In this document: piece by piece, positions 59,748 to 60,897 of the stretch
Numbering within the stretch: the stretch's first letter is position 1
How the letters are laid out: each line of letters opens with the position of its first letter
Source: Aplysia californica
Lineage: Eukaryota
Length of the DNA: 60,897 nt
Assembly (NCBI RefSeq): GCF_000002075.1
Contig: NW_004797520.1
Coordinates: 242,088-302,984 of the forward strand
Reading direction: 5' to 3'
Translations under genes and position numbers: made by a program
The notes under the pieces: model-generated
Told to the model about the DNA's origin: nothing
The model's input: only the letters and a program-made list of their open reading frames with translations
Database searches by the model: none

Positions 59748-60339
59748 ATTTCAATTGTAGCACTGTCACCTGTGTGTTCATCAGTAACTCCACTGCACTT
59801 GGTACGAATGTATTTTTTGTGTCCGTTGGTGTGTCTTGTTAAAATTATGCAATAAAATGTAGGCCGCACCCGATAGTACGTGATGGTATATATGAGTAGT
59901 AGTGAGAGCGGTGTCTATGGTTAGAGTAAGCTAGAGCAGACCTACCATTTAGGCACTTCGCCGTCCCACACCGAAGGCCTGAGTTCGAGTTCGATTGTCG
60001 TGTCCGTCTGGATTTGTTTGTTTGTTGTTGTTGGTTGGTTGTTGTTGTTGTTGTTGTTTTGGGGGGGGCGGGCTCATTCGAATCGCCGCCTAAAACTTTG
60101 TGCGTAATACGGGGTGCCCATTGAGAATGGGATCGGGTCGGGGCCGGTGCAATCGCCCAACTCGTCGCCTGAAAACTAAAAAGAAACACGTTTGTTTTTG
60201 AGTCGGGCCCGATTGGCTTGTGCCACGCAAGCTGCTTTGCACCCTCAATCTGGCTAGCAGCCCGCCCCGACAAGACCCAATCCCCAATGGGTACCTCGCT
60301 TCAGATAGACCTGGTCCGACCCCCAACAAACTGGCTTCT

Positions 60340-60527
60340 GTGGGTGGTTGGCGGGTGCTCTGGTGTGGTTTGCTCCTTCTCTTTTATCAAACATCTGTCG
60401 TCCTTATCTCTCCTCCTCTGTTTTGTGTACGGTACGTTACTCTCTTGCAACACATAATCTATTCTTCGACATTTATATGACCTTATTGTGTTGCAAGTGC
60501 CGTAAAACTCTCACTAAGTAAAACTAA
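60340..60527 (+). mobile_element. Family A retroposon
   Basis: Full-length match; TSD-like ACTGGSTTCT. Confidence 0.85.
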
Positions 60528-60897
60528 GACTGGGTTCTTGAAGGTATTTTCCTACCGGTAGGCCTATGCCCCCCCCCCCCTTCTCCCCTGATCTGGCTCG
60601 GCTATCCCTCTTGTTGGTCTCGTCATAGATGCTGAAAGGGGCGTCAAAGCCATAGCCCTAGCATTCATGATCCATACAGAATATGCAGTACAGCTTTTTG
60701 GCACAAGGGCTCGTCGTTTCTTGCTTCATGCAATCGATCGAGTGGGCCCGGCCGTCAAGTAGTGCAATCATCGAGGGGCCTTTGTCCCAGTCAATGAGGT
60801 CTAATTACGGGGCTGGCCTCGGCCGCTCTGCTGGGACTCCAGGTGGGAATGTCTTCTTAGTCAGCCCTGTACAGCGGAGTGAGAGGGAGGGAGGGAA

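Noticed and set aside
5273-60480. Recurrent ORFs such as [24 protein letters not shown] suggesting a Cys-rich peptide family
   Set aside because: These are translations of family A repeat copies; frame and start are not conserved.

Overview
Eukaryotic (animal) genomic DNA. An invertebrate such as a mollusc is only my impression from intron and repeat style. The window holds three conserved genes: (1) importin-9 (IPO9), + strand, 25 coding exons, 539..23241, about 1029 aa, with a minor-spliceosome (U12-type) intron at 7862..8509; (2) TAF3, - strand, 8 visible coding exons from 49499 down to 36579 (histone fold to PHD finger), with the last PHD exon probably lost in the N-gap at 35394..35729; (3) ARL6/BBS3, + strand, coding-intronless, 52133..52705, head-to-head with TAF3. 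Introns and UTRs are dense in small mobile elements. The dominant one is a ~170-bp retroposon with no recognisable tRNA head (about 23 copies or fragments, plus 3 copies of a ~400-bp relative). It has TSDs, a sharp 5' end, two hairpins with compensatory substitutions, and a strong sense bias in introns. Also present are tRNA-derived SINEs, several MITE families (TTAA, 6-, 8- and 9-bp TSDs), a piggyBac-type MITE whose right end is amplified into a 6x67-bp array, and repeats or TSDs that duplicate splice sites. There is no CRISPR array, rRNA or intact tRNA. Most short ORFs in the ORF track are spurious. All coordinates were read by eye.
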